A stretch of DNA of 52,060 bases from Candidatus Micrarchaeia archaeon. Its GTDB lineage: Archaea; Micrarchaeota; Micrarchaeia; Burarchaeales; JAVZCV01. The position numbers were made by a program, and so were the translations under genes. This document shows, piece by piece, positions 28,375 through 37,785 of this stretch. Position 1 is the stretch's first letter; every line of letters starts with the position of its first letter. The stretch spans positions 1 through 52,060 of the forward strand of contig JAVZCV010000003.1 in NCBI GenBank assembly GCA_038874215.1, read 5' to 3'. The notes under the pieces are model-generated. The model did not search any database. It was not told the DNA's origin and worked only from the letters and a program-made list of their open reading frames with translations.

Positions 28375-29531
28375 ACGGCTTTTTCCATTCTCTCCAAAGC
28401 TTCCTTTATTCTCTCAATCGGTTGCGTTAGCGCAAACCTCACAAATCCTTCACCATACTCACCGAATCCTATGCCTGGCGTTGCGACAACGCCAACATCA
28501 AGCAGCTTGTTGACAAAATCCACAGAACTGCCTCTCACACGAAGCCATATGTAGAAAGTTGCCTTGGGCTTTTTGCACTTCAACCCAATTTTGTTAAGGC
28601 CTCTGACAAACACGTCCCTCCTTCTCTCGTACTCCAGCATTATCTCATTTACGAAGGGTGGTCTTTCCTTACCTTTGTAAGAATTCAGCGCTGCGATCGC
28701 AGCCCTCTGCACATATACGGAAGGACCTGAGTCTATCTGTGTTTTCACTTTCCTAAGCCCTTCAACGATATCGGCATTTCCAACCGCAAAACCTATTCTA
28801 TCGCCCGTCATAGAGAAAGTCTTTGAGCAGCTGTGGAATTCTATGCAATCCATTCCAAATTCAAGCGCAGAAGGTGCAATGTAGTCATCAAATGTGAATT
28901 CAGAGTAGGCATTATCATAGCATAGTATTATTCCCTTCTCTTCAGCAAAATGAACGGCTTCTTTGAGAAATTCCCTTGTTGCAACCGCACCGGTTGGATT
29001 ATTCGGGTAGTTTAGGTACATCATCTTCGCATTTTTCGCATCAAGCGAGTCAAGCACAGGCAGGAAATCGTTCTCTTCAAGAAGCGGGAACTTGACGGGA
29101 ACGCCGTCGCAGAGGGTTGTTGCCCCCTGTGCATAAACAGGATATGCTGGATCTGGGACGAGAACTACGTCTTTTGGGTTTACGAACGCCCGCGCTATGT
29201 TTGCGAGCCCTTCCTTTGAGCCTATGAGGGCTATAACTTCTTTTTTCGGGTCAAGAGAAACGCCGAAGCGCTTCTTGTACCACTCTGCAACCGCTTCCCT
29301 GAACTCCTCCTCCCCCTGCGAGAGCGAATAGTTGTGTGTATTTGGGGCGAATGCTTCCTCTGAAAGTTTTTTTCTTATCGGCTCGGGCGTTGGAATGTCT
29401 GGGTCTCCGATGCCGAGAGAGATTATATCGACTCCTGCTTTCTTTTTTTCCGCTATTTTTTTCTCTATATCTGCGAAAAGGTATGGTGGGAGTTTTTTCA
29501 GTCTTTCACTATACTCTATCGGAATTCCCAT
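28371..29531 (-). CDS. dapL: LL-diaminopimelate aminotransferase
   Basis: LPPYLFA, LGIGDPD, LIGSKEG, NYPNNPTG and SKTFSMTGDRIG motifs; located in the dap operon. Start moved to ATG 29531. Confidence 0.88.
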   Translation of the reverse strand: MGIPIEYSERLKKLPPYLFADIEKKIAEKKKAGVDIISLGIGDPDIPTPEPIRKKLSEEAFAPNTHNYSLSQGEEEFREAVAEWYKKRFGVSLDPKKEVIALIGSKEGLANIARAFVNPKDVVLVPDPAYPVYAQGATTLCDGVPVKFPLLEENDFLPVLDSLDAKNAKMMYLNYPNNPTGAVATREFLKEAVHFAEEKGIILCYDNAYSEFTFDDYIAPSALEFGMDCIEFHSCSKTFSMTGDRIGFAVGNADIVEGLRKVKTQIDSGPSVYVQRAAIAALNSYKGKERPPFVNEIMLEYERRRDVFVRGLNKIGLKCKKPKATFYIWLRVRGSSVDFVNKLLDVGVVATPGIGFGEYGEGFVRFALTQPIERIKEALERMEKAV

Positions 29532-29532
29532 T

Positions 29533-30795
29533 TCATCTCCTCTTTTTGCCTTTTTTAAGCCAGCTGGCAACCTTCTGGTTCTTCATGAGCTGCCCAAAGG
29601 TTTCACGCTCCCTTACTATCTCGTATTTTTCTCCGTTCACAAGAACTTCGCATGCACGGGGGCGCATGTTGAAGTTTGAGCTCATCGCGAATCCGTATGC
29701 GCCAGCATTCATGATTGCGAGCAAATCGCCTTCCTCAATTTTGGGGAGCTTCCTGTCTCTTGCGAGCAAATCGCCCGACTCGCATATAGGACCCGCAATG
29801 CTGTATGTTTCTTGTGGAGGTGCTTTCTCTTTTCCTACAACAACAACCTCGTGATATGCCCCATACATAGTCGGCCTTATTAAAGTATTAAAACCGGCAT
29901 CAACGCCAACGAATTTTTTGAAAGGCGTTTCTTTCAAAGTATTCACGCGCGTTAAGAGTATGCATGCGTCGCATACTATATACCTGCCGGGCTCGGTGTA
30001 TAGGAAAGGTTCTCCCAATCCGCTCTCTTCGCAGCGAGCTCGTATTATTTCTGTTATCGCACGAGCGAACCCTTCAACATCAAGCGGCTTATCATCTGGT
30101 TTGTATGGCACCCCGAGACCGCCACCTATGTCTATGAATGAGAAATCTATGCCGACATTTTTTGCTACGCTTGCCGCAATGCTCATGAGCTTCTCAACCG
30201 CCCTTAGAAAAGGCGAATAATCAAGTATGCCGGAGCCTATGTGCATGTGAATTCCGAACTCGCGGACGCCAGCCTGCTTTGCACGAGTGTATGCACGCAC
30301 CGCATCGCTTTCCCATATGCCGAATTTTGATTCTTTTCCACCAGTTATTGTGTGGTCATGATGGCCAGCGCCAACCTCGGGGTTTATGCGGAATGAGATT
30401 TTTTCAGGTACTTTTATTGCGAGCAGGCGCTCAAGCTGGGATAGGGAATCTACGTTTATCGTTATCCCTTTATCAAGCAGAAAACGAATTTCATCGTTTC
30501 TCACCGATGTGCCCGTGAACATTATCCTGTCTGGCGAGAAGCCCGCCAGCAGAGCAGCCTCAACCTCAAAAGGAGAGACAGCATCTATGCATGCACCCTC
30601 GCTTTCCAGTATTCTGAGCACGGATATGTTTCCGTTCGCCTTCATTGCGTAAAGCAAACGGAATTTTGGGTAGTTTTTCTCAAACGCATTCTTCACGCAC
30701 CTGAAATTCTCCCGTATCCTCTGTTCATCAATTACGTATATGGGTGTGCCGAACTCTTCAGCAAGTTTTTCGCAGTCAATGTTTCCAATCCTCAT
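29533..30795 (-). CDS. lysA: Diaminopimelate decarboxylase
   Basis: YAMKAN, SKFG, HMHIGS, DIGGG, EPGRY, GPICESGD and GAYGFAMSSNFN motifs. Confidence 0.97.
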   Translation of the reverse strand: MRIGNIDCEKLAEEFGTPIYVIDEQRIRENFRCVKNAFEKNYPKFRLLYAMKANGNISVLRILESEGACIDAVSPFEVEAALLAGFSPDRIMFTGTSVRNDEIRFLLDKGITINVDSLSQLERLLAIKVPEKISFRINPEVGAGHHDHTITGGKESKFGIWESDAVRAYTRAKQAGVREFGIHMHIGSGILDYSPFLRAVEKLMSIAASVAKNVGIDFSFIDIGGGLGVPYKPDDKPLDVEGFARAITEIIRARCEESGLGEPFLYTEPGRYIVCDACILLTRVNTLKETPFKKFVGVDAGFNTLIRPTMYGAYHEVVVVGKEKAPPQETYSIAGPICESGDLLARDRKLPKIEEGDLLAIMNAGAYGFAMSSNFNMRPRACEVLVNGEKYEIVRERETFGQLMKNQKVASWLKKGKKRR

Positions 30796-30821
30796 GCTAA
30801 CTCACCAGTATGGCTGATTTG

Positions 30822-30837
30822 AAAATAAAAAATAAAA
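30822..30837 (-). terminator. Possible intra-operon oligo-T terminator between dapA and lysA
   Basis: Minus strand TTTTATTTTTTATTTT lies just after the dapA stop. Confidence 0.3.
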
Positions 30838-30844
30838 GTCTGCT

Positions 30845-31738
30845 CTATTTTATGAGCCCGTATTCGCTGATTACGCTCCTTATTTTCTCCCTGTTCTCTT
30901 TGCTCGTCTCGCACATTGGAAGGCGCATTCCGCTTCCGCACAACCCCATCATTTTTGCCGCTTCTTTTACGGGTATGGGGTTGGTATCTATGAAGAGAAC
31001 CTCAAAAAGCTTGGACAGCCTTGCGTTTTCCGCCTCCATCGCAGGCCAATTCCCATCTAAGCCGAGCTTTATGAAATCAACCATCATTCTCGGCGCTATG
31101 TTTGATGCTACAGATATGACGCCCAAACACCCATAGTTGCGCATGAGCGTGTATGTCTTGTTGTCGTCCCCGGACAGGATGATGAACTTATCGCCGCAGA
31201 GTTGCCTCGTCTTCTTCCATACCTCTTCATTGCCCGTCGCTTCCTTTACCCCAATTATGTTGGAATATTCGTTCATCAGTCTTGCGATTGTTTCTGGCTC
31301 TATGAGGCGCGATGTCCGGCCGGGTATGTTATACAGCACATGGGGTATATCAACTGCCTCGGCAATAGCGCCGAAATGCCTGAAAAGCCCCTCTTGGCTT
31401 GGCTTGTTATAGTAGGGACATACTTGAAGCGTTGCGGTTGCGCCCGCATCTGCAGCGTGCTTGCTCATCGCTATTGCCTCCCACGTGCAGTTTGAGCCCG
31501 TGCCTGCTATCACCTGCCCTTTCGCCCTTTCAATAACCTCTTCAATCACTTTGTTGTGCTCTTCGTGTGATAGGGTGGGGGATTCGCCAGTAGTTCCGCA
31601 TGGCACGATGCCAGCAACTCCGCCTTCATTTTGAAAATCAACGAGACGCGCGAGCGCATCCCAGTCTATGCGGGACCGCACTCCTGTGCCCTTAAAGGGC
31701 GTTATTATTGCAGTATAAACCCCTTTCAGCTCAACCAT
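30845..31738 (-). CDS. dapA: 4-hydroxy-tetrahydrodipicolinate synthase
   Basis: CGTTGESPTL, GTGSN, PYYNKP, YNIPGRT, GVKEA, SGDD and NPIPVK motifs; GAGGTGG RBS. Confidence 0.97.
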   Translation of the reverse strand: MVELKGVYTAIITPFKGTGVRSRIDWDALARLVDFQNEGGVAGIVPCGTTGESPTLSHEEHNKVIEEVIERAKGQVIAGTGSNCTWEAIAMSKHAADAGATATLQVCPYYNKPSQEGLFRHFGAIAEAVDIPHVLYNIPGRTSRLIEPETIARLMNEYSNIIGVKEATGNEEVWKKTRQLCGDKFIILSGDDNKTYTLMRNYGCLGVISVASNIAPRMMVDFIKLGLDGNWPAMEAENARLSKLFEVLFIDTNPIPVKEAAKMMGLCGSGMRLPMCETSKENREKIRSVISEYGLIK

Positions 31739-31806
31739 GCAACCACCTCACATTTAATTTTTCTAATTTATTTCCAAAAGTTCGTAAATAGTATGGTATA
31801 GATAAA

Positions 31807-31824
31807 TTAATATAACTTTTTCGC
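31807..31824 (-). promoter_or_regulatory. BRE/TATA promoter of the dap operon
   Basis: Minus strand GCGAAAAAGTTATATTAA, with the same BRE octamer as the hydrogenase promoter. Confidence 0.6.
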
Positions 31825-31832
31825 AAATTTAG

Positions 31833-31847
31833 GTACGAAAAACGAAA
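31833..31847. promoter_or_regulatory. Putative Lrp/LysM operator GTACG-AAAAA-CGAAA upstream of the dapA BRE
   Basis: 12-bp identity to 22213-22224. A second degenerate site, GTTCGTAAATAGTAT, lies at 31780-31794. Confidence 0.6.
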
Positions 31848-31959
31848 AGAATTCGCCAAAGTAGTTGAGGTGGAATGTAAAATGTCTAATGGCATAGCGT
31901 ATGGGTGCGTTTAGGTTTTGCAAAACATTTTTTTATTTGTTATAGCCTTTTTTTGTAGG

Positions 31960-32829
31960 ATGTTGGCAAAAAGAATAATACCCTGCCTTGACTGCGACCT
32001 GAGCGTGAAAGAGGGCCGTGTCGTGAAGGGTGTTGAATTCAAGCAGATTCGGTATGCTGGAGTACCATGGGAACTCGCCGAAAGATACTATGAAGAAGGC
32101 GCCGATGAAATAGTGTTTTTGGATATAACGGCAAGCCATGAAAGAAGAGAAACGATGGTTGAGGTAGTTAAAAAAACCTCTGAGAAGGTTTTTGTCCCGA
32201 TAACGGTTGGCGGGGGGATAAAAAGCGTTGAGGATGCACGCAGGATATTTGAAGTCGGCGGGGACAAAGTATCCGTTAATACTTCGGCAATTAAAAGACC
32301 ATCTCTAATAACTGAGATTGCCGAACACTTTGGCTCTCAAGCCTGCGTTGTTGCGATAGACTGCAAAAGAAGGCGGGCAGAAGAAAAGGAGGAGAAGAAT
32401 ACTAATTTGGTAAGGGAGTTCGGAGCATACGTGGAAACAGCAGGGGAGAGGCATCCAATAAAAACGCCAGAAGGGGAATTCTGGTTTGAATGCTCTGTAT
32501 ATGGGGGGCGGACATTTACGGGCGTTGATGCGATTGCGTGGGCAAAGAAGGCGCAGGAATTGGGGGCGGGCGAAATTTTGCTCACATCTATGGACAGGGA
32601 CGGGACAAACAAGGGATATGATATTGAGCTCACGCGCGCTGTCGCAGAAAGCGTGACTATACCCGTGATAGCATCGGGGGGTGCGGGCACTGTGGAGCAC
32701 ATACGCCTCGCGCTTACTGAGGGGAAGGCGGATGCCGCTCTCCTCGCAGGCCAGCTGCACTTCGGAAGGCTTAAAATAGGTGAGATAAAAGAGTATCTCG
32801 CAAAAAACGGCGTGGTAGTGCGGTGTTAG
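31960..32829 (+). CDS. hisF: Imidazole glycerol phosphate synthase cyclase subunit
   Basis: [39 protein letters not shown] and PVIASGGAG motifs. Start moved to ATG 31960. Confidence 0.97.
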   Translation: MLAKRIIPCLDCDLSVKEGRVVKGVEFKQIRYAGVPWELAERYYEEGADEIVFLDITASHERRETMVEVVKKTSEKVFVPITVGGGIKSVEDARRIFEVGGDKVSVNTSAIKRPSLITEIAEHFGSQACVVAIDCKRRRAEEKEEKNTNLVREFGAYVETAGERHPIKTPEGEFWFECSVYGGRTFTGVDAIAWAKKAQELGAGEILLTSMDRDGTNKGYDIELTRAVAESVTIPVIASGGAGTVEHIRLALTEGKADAALLAGQLHFGRLKIGEIKEYLAKNGVVVRC

Positions 32830-32830
32830 A

Positions 32831-33478
32831 ATGCGGATGAGTGAGGAAGAGGCGAAAAAAGTTGCGGATTCGCTCAATTTTGAGAAGGGGAATGGCTTTG
32901 TTGTCGCAGTAGCGCAGTCGGAAAGAAGGGAGGTGCTGATGGTTGCGTTCCAGAATAAGGAGGCAGTAATCAAAACCCTCACAACAGGCAAGATGTACTA
33001 CTATAGCAGGGAGAGGAATAGATTATGGAGAAAAGGTGAGGAAAGCGGCAATGAGCAAACACTAATTCGTTATGCCGTTGACTGCGACCGCGATGCAATG
33101 CTCTATACTGTAAGGCAAAAAGGGGTGGCTTGCCACACTGGGAGGAGAACATGCTTTTCAGAGACTGGCGAAAATGAAGAAACTAAAATTTCGCTTGAAC
33201 GCCTTTATGAAATAATCCGAGACAGGAAGGATAACCCGAAAGAGGGCTCATACACGAATAAACTGCTTGAGGACAAAGAGATGATTATTAAAAAATTAGT
33301 AGAGGAGAGCGGAGAGCTTGTGGAGGCGGCAGAAAAGGGGAAGAAGGAAGATATAGTTTGGGAAACGTGCGACCTTCTATACCACCTTTTTGTTCTTCTC
33401 GTGCACGAAGGGATAAGCATTGATGAACTTGAAGTGGAATTAGGAAGAAGGCATGCAGAAAAGGAGAAAAGAAGGTGA
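32831..33478 (+). CDS. hisIE: Bifunctional PR-AMP cyclohydrolase / PR-ATP pyrophosphatase
   Basis: LWRKGEESGN, DCDRD, ACHTGRRTCF, then SYTNKL, KLVEESGE and E..DLLYH motifs. Confidence 0.95.
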   Translation: MRMSEEEAKKVADSLNFEKGNGFVVAVAQSERREVLMVAFQNKEAVIKTLTTGKMYYYSRERNRLWRKGEESGNEQTLIRYAVDCDRDAMLYTVRQKGVACHTGRRTCFSETGENEETKISLERLYEIIRDRKDNPKEGSYTNKLLEDKEMIIKKLVEESGELVEAAEKGKKEDIVWETCDLLYHLFVLLVHEGISIDELEVELGRRHAEKEKRR

Positions 33479-33482
33479 TTCT

Positions 33483-33983
33483 ATGGTTGGCGAGGAGGAT
33501 GTAGAAAAACTGACTGACGAGACTATAAGGGATGGCGGTGTGCTCGCTCTTCTTTACTTTGATGTGCATGGAAGCGATGCCGAGCAGATAAAGAACATGC
33601 TCGTTGACCTGATAGCGAGGATTACAAAAGCAAACGGTGTTGTTTACGTGCGTGGGGAAATAGACGAAGCCCTGAAAATTGAAGGGGAGCACATAACATC
33701 TGCCGAAGTTAGCGTTTTGACAAAGGATTTTTCTTCCCTCGTTGGCGTTTGTCTTGAGTATGCACCTTTTGGGGTAGAGGTGCTGAGGCCTGAGAGGATA
33801 GTGCTGAACCTCGGGGAGGCGCAGTCTCTTCTTCTGAACGTTTCGCAGGTAAGCCAAGAGTATGCAAAGTTTGTGCTCAGCAAGATAATGAATGCAGAGG
33901 AAAGGAAAAAATTTGAGGAAAACCTGAAAAAGCGCGCAGAGCTGGGCAAGATGCTGCGCGAGAGGCAGGGAGAAAGAAAGTAG
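33483..33983 (+). CDS. Conserved-looking hypothetical protein
   Basis: Co-oriented and tightly packed with its neighbours; GGTGA RBS before ATG 33483; YAPFGVEVLRPE motif and coiled-coil C-terminus. Confidence 0.7.
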   Translation: MVGEEDVEKLTDETIRDGGVLALLYFDVHGSDAEQIKNMLVDLIARITKANGVVYVRGEIDEALKIEGEHITSAEVSVLTKDFSSLVGVCLEYAPFGVEVLRPERIVLNLGEAQSLLLNVSQVSQEYAKFVLSKIMNAEERKKFEENLKKRAELGKMLRERQGERK

Positions 33984-33991
33984 GTGATTGC

Positions 33992-34876
33992 ATGCGTCTT
34001 GTAGTCCATGGGGATTTTGACGGTGTAGTATGCGCAGTCCTCATAACTTCCATGGAGGATGTGGTTGAGATAGTTTTTGCAGAGCCTGCTGAGGTACAGA
34101 ACAGGGAAATTGAGATAACCGCTGAGGATATAATAGCAGATTTGCCGTACCACCCAAAATGCGCCCTATGGTTTGACCACCACTATACGAGCAGAACAAA
34201 TACAAAATTTGAGGGTTCGTTTAAACTGGCACCGAGCTGCGCCCGTGTGGTTTTTGATTACTATGACAACCCGTACCTTGAGAAATACCGTCCGCTTGTT
34301 GATGCGGCGGATAAAATAGATGGGGGGAACATTACAAAAGAGCAACTTTACAATCCAGATGATTATCAGAAGCTTTCAATGACCCTTGATTCTGATGATC
34401 CGAAGAAGGATGACGAGTACAGGCTGGATGTTATAAAATGGCTCAAAAAACATAGCATTGAAGAGATAATCGGCTTTCCAGAAGTTAAGAGAAGGTACGA
34501 GGCAAAGCATGCGATGTTTGAGCGGTTTAAGGAGGAGGCAAAGAAGCGCGCGCGTATGGAAGGCGATATAGTAATCGTTGATTTGAGAGGAGTTGATAGA
34601 AGCGTCGGTGTTGGCAGCAATTATGCAGTTTATGCGGTTTTTCCAGAATGCAAGTCTTCAATAAGAATTTTTGAATCGGTTGATGAGAAATATGTTTCAA
34701 TAAGCGTTGGGCACAACATACTAAAAAGGAGCGAAGGGATGGCTAATCTCGGAGAATTGATGAAGAGGTATGGTGGCGGCGGGCACGCTAATGTTGCTGG
34801 ATGCAGGGTTGAGAAGGAAAAGGCGGATAGAACGCTTGCCGAAATAGTGGCGATTCTTCGCGAACCTACGCAATAG
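33992..34876 (+). CDS. DHH/DHHA1 phosphoesterase
   Basis: HGDFDG, WFDHH, PSCAR and GGGGHANVAG motifs. Confidence 0.9.
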   Translation: MRLVVHGDFDGVVCAVLITSMEDVVEIVFAEPAEVQNREIEITAEDIIADLPYHPKCALWFDHHYTSRTNTKFEGSFKLAPSCARVVFDYYDNPYLEKYRPLVDAADKIDGGNITKEQLYNPDDYQKLSMTLDSDDPKKDDEYRLDVIKWLKKHSIEEIIGFPEVKRRYEAKHAMFERFKEEAKKRARMEGDIVIVDLRGVDRSVGVGSNYAVYAVFPECKSSIRIFESVDEKYVSISVGHNILKRSEGMANLGELMKRYGGGGHANVAGCRVEKEKADRTLAEIVAILREPTQ

Positions 34877-35885
34877 GCGTCTGCTCTGCTGATGCTTGCA
34901 TATTCTCGTCCACGAATCTGTATGCATGCGCAACCAAAAGCGCAAGCCCGATAATATCGCTAATGCGCCTTCTTAATACTCCGTCTCCGTCAGCATCGTA
35001 AATTCTGCAACTATGCACCCCTCTCCCCATCGCGAAGATAGTTTTTACGGACGCATTGCTTTCTTCCAAGATTCTGGCAGTGGCGGTTACTTGGTCGGCA
35101 GGAATGAATGCGTCGTCAATACCATGTAGAATTAGCACGGGAAAGTTTGCGGGCAAAACGGGATTTTTTACTGATCTGGCTGAAAGCTCGTCCATTGTCA
35201 ACTTTTCCTTGTGGTAAATTCGCATATAGCGCAGGAGGATTTTGTGCGCTTTTATTGGGCTTTTCTCTGCGAGTTCCCTAATCGCAACCATGTCCTGTAT
35301 TGGCGAAATAAAAATAGCAAATGCGGGCGCGTTTTCGTTATTTTTTGAGATTTCTGAAATTGCGTGTATCATTGCGGTTGCACCGTGGCAGACTCCGATG
35401 AAGCCGATTCTACGCTTATCCACAAAGCTGAAGGATTTGAGAAAATTGAATGCCGCAACGATATCGTCTGCCTCACCCTTTGTTATTTCTATCTTTCCCT
35501 CAGAACCATTCACCCCTCTCGTATAGGGAACAAAAACGATGTTGCCCTTGCTTGTAAAGGCATTTATCACGGGCATATAAGTTTCGGATTTGATTCCAAT
35601 GCCTACAGAAAAAATGAGCGCGGGCATAGGCTTCTTTCTAACTCTCGGCAGATACAGCTCGCCACACAGTCTGAGCCCATTTGAAGCGAAGAAAACCTCG
35701 TGGCGCTCGGGCTTCCTGAGGCACGCTGAAATATAATGGCAAAATAAAGATGGGAATATAGCTAAATGAGCTTTTGTTATCGGCTCTGCAAGTGGCTCAT
35801 TTCTGCGAAACGCATCCGTTGTACCGATGCGTGTTTTGCCAGAGCTATTATTCCGTGAAGAACGGTAAAAAATGGGGAAATGCAT
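34866..35885 (-). CDS. Alpha/beta hydrolase with a Cys nucleophile
   Basis: RG...SEG, VDKRRIGFIGVCHG (GxCxG elbow), LHGIDD and GVHS motifs. Start uncertain. Confidence 0.75.
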   Translation of the reverse strand: MHFPIFYRSSRNNSSGKTRIGTTDAFRRNEPLAEPITKAHLAIFPSLFCHYISACLRKPERHEVFFASNGLRLCGELYLPRVRKKPMPALIFSVGIGIKSETYMPVINAFTSKGNIVFVPYTRGVNGSEGKIEITKGEADDIVAAFNFLKSFSFVDKRRIGFIGVCHGATAMIHAISEISKNNENAPAFAIFISPIQDMVAIRELAEKSPIKAHKILLRYMRIYHKEKLTMDELSARSVKNPVLPANFPVLILHGIDDAFIPADQVTATARILEESNASVKTIFAMGRGVHSCRIYDADGDGVLRRRISDIIGLALLVAHAYRFVDENMQASAEQTPIA

Positions 35886-35939
35886 GGGTATATTTTTTTA
35901 CATACAAATATTAATAAAACGAAATCCTAAAGGATACGT

Positions 35940-36656
35940 ATGCAAAAGCACGAACTTATAAAATCGGGCATTCCTGGTTTTGATACTCTGGCGGGCGGGG
36001 GAATACCGCGCGGCTCAATAATAATGCTGAGTGGGGATACTGGATGTGGTAAAAGCACGTTTGCAACCCAGTTTCTTGCGAGAGGCGCAAGGGATTACGG
36101 GGAACCGAGCCTGTACGTTTCCTTTGATGAGCATAAAGAGCGTTTTTTTGCGAACATGGGGAATTTTGACTTCGGGCTTGAGGAACTGGAGAGGGAAAGA
36201 CTTTTTGTTTTCCTAGAATACCCTGCGTACGAGCTTGAGCAGTTTGTCTCCCAGGAGAGCGCGATAAATCAACTAATAGAGGAGATAGGGGTAGAAAGGC
36301 TTGTGATAGACTCTGTAACCTCCCTGCTTTTTCTTTATGAGGAAGGGTGCATTGGGAAGAGACATAGGGTGATAAAACTGATAGAGAAACTTAGGGAGTG
36401 GGACTGCACGACGCTGCTCATCGCAGAAGTTTCTCCAACAGACCACGCAAAAACAGAGCACGGGATAGAATACCTCTCTGATGGGCTGGTGTATTTCTAT
36501 AACACGCGCGTAGGAGATTCGCGAGAGAGAGCGATAGAGGTTATAAAAATGCGCGGGATGCATCATAAAACGAAAATATGCCCATTCCGAATAGGAAAAA
36601 ACGGGATAACGGTTCATGCAGAAGGGCACTCGTTTGAGCATGCGCACATAAAGTGA
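35940..36656 (+). CDS. KaiC/RAD55-family RecA-superfamily ATPase
   Basis: SGIPGFD..GGGIP, Walker A GDTGCGKS, LVIDS and IKMRG motifs. Confidence 0.92.
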   Translation: MQKHELIKSGIPGFDTLAGGGIPRGSIIMLSGDTGCGKSTFATQFLARGARDYGEPSLYVSFDEHKERFFANMGNFDFGLEELERERLFVFLEYPAYELEQFVSQESAINQLIEEIGVERLVIDSVTSLLFLYEEGCIGKRHRVIKLIEKLREWDCTTLLIAEVSPTDHAKTEHGIEYLSDGLVYFYNTRVGDSRERAIEVIKMRGMHHKTKICPFRIGKNGITVHAEGHSFEHAHIK

Positions 36657-36660
36657 GAGG

Positions 36661-37776
36661 ATGGCTTTCGTAGTAACTCCTTGGAAGGTAAGGGGGGAAG
36701 TTGATTACGAAAAGCTCATACGGGAATTTGGGGTATCAAAGATTGATGAGAAGCTTGCCGAGAGGATAGCTAAACATGCAGGCCATATGCATCTTTATCT
36801 TCGCAGAGGGCTTTTTTTCTCGCACAGGGACTTGGACAGGATACTTGAGGAATACGAAAATGGCAAAAAGTTCGTTCTTTATACGGGGAGGGGACCTTCT
36901 GGGGACACGCACATAGGCCATCTTGTCCCGTGGCTATTCACGAAATACCTCCAAGACGCATTTGATGCTGATTTGTATTTTCAGATGACGGACGATGAAA
37001 AATTCCTCATGCGCGAGATAAGCCTCGAAGACGCAGAGAATTACAGCAGGGAAAACGCCCTTGATGTCATAGCGATTGGGTTTAAGGAAGGAAAAACAAA
37101 GATTTTTTCGGATGTGGAGTACATAAAGGAGCTTTATAGGATAGCAATTCAGGTAGCGAAGAGGACGACCTTCTCAACGGCGAAGGCCGTTTTCGGCTTT
37201 ACGAACAGCTCAAACATAGGCATCATATTCTTTCCCGCAATACAGGCGGCTCCCGCATTTCTTGCGCAGATGAACGAAGGAAGAGATGTGAATTGCCTCA
37301 TTCCTTGCGCAATAGACCAAGACCCGTATTGGCGCATAACGCGCGATGTTGCTCCCCTTCTCAAAATGCCGAAGCCTGCCGCAATACACTGCAAGTTTAT
37401 CCCGGGCTTGCAGGGAACGAAGGGAAAAATGTCATCTTCGGAGAAGGATAGCGCAATATATACGACTGACAGCAAGGAGGAGGTTTTTAGGAAAATAGGG
37501 AATGCTCTCACTGGCGGAGGGGCAACCATAAAGGAACATAAGGAGAAGGGGGGGAAACCTGAGATATGCGTTGTGTACCAGTGGTTTTTCTATCTTTTTG
37601 AGGAAAGCGACGAAAAGCTTCGGGAGCGATTTGAGAGTTGCAAAGCAGGGGAACTCATGTGCGGTGAATGCAAGAAAGAACTCTCTAAATGCGTCTGGCG
37701 CTTCCTTGAGGAACATCAACGGAGGAGAAAGGAAGCGGAGAAGAAGATTGAGAAATTTTTTATAGGAAAAAAATGA
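36661..37776 (+). CDS. trpS: Tryptophanyl-tRNA synthetase (archaeal type)
   Basis: VTPW, YTGRGPS, HIGH, DQDPY and KMSSS motifs. Confidence 0.97.
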   Translation: MAFVVTPWKVRGEVDYEKLIREFGVSKIDEKLAERIAKHAGHMHLYLRRGLFFSHRDLDRILEEYENGKKFVLYTGRGPSGDTHIGHLVPWLFTKYLQDAFDADLYFQMTDDEKFLMREISLEDAENYSRENALDVIAIGFKEGKTKIFSDVEYIKELYRIAIQVAKRTTFSTAKAVFGFTNSSNIGIIFFPAIQAAPAFLAQMNEGRDVNCLIPCAIDQDPYWRITRDVAPLLKMPKPAAIHCKFIPGLQGTKGKMSSSEKDSAIYTTDSKEEVFRKIGNALTGGGATIKEHKEKGGKPEICVVYQWFFYLFEESDEKLRERFESCKAGELMCGECKKELSKCVWRFLEEHQRRRKEAEKKIEKFFIGKK

Positions 37777-37785
37777 AATAATATC

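Noticed and set aside
35940-36656. Circadian KaiC clock
   Set aside because: Single-domain KaiC-like ATPases are common in archaea, and no kaiA or kaiB is present.
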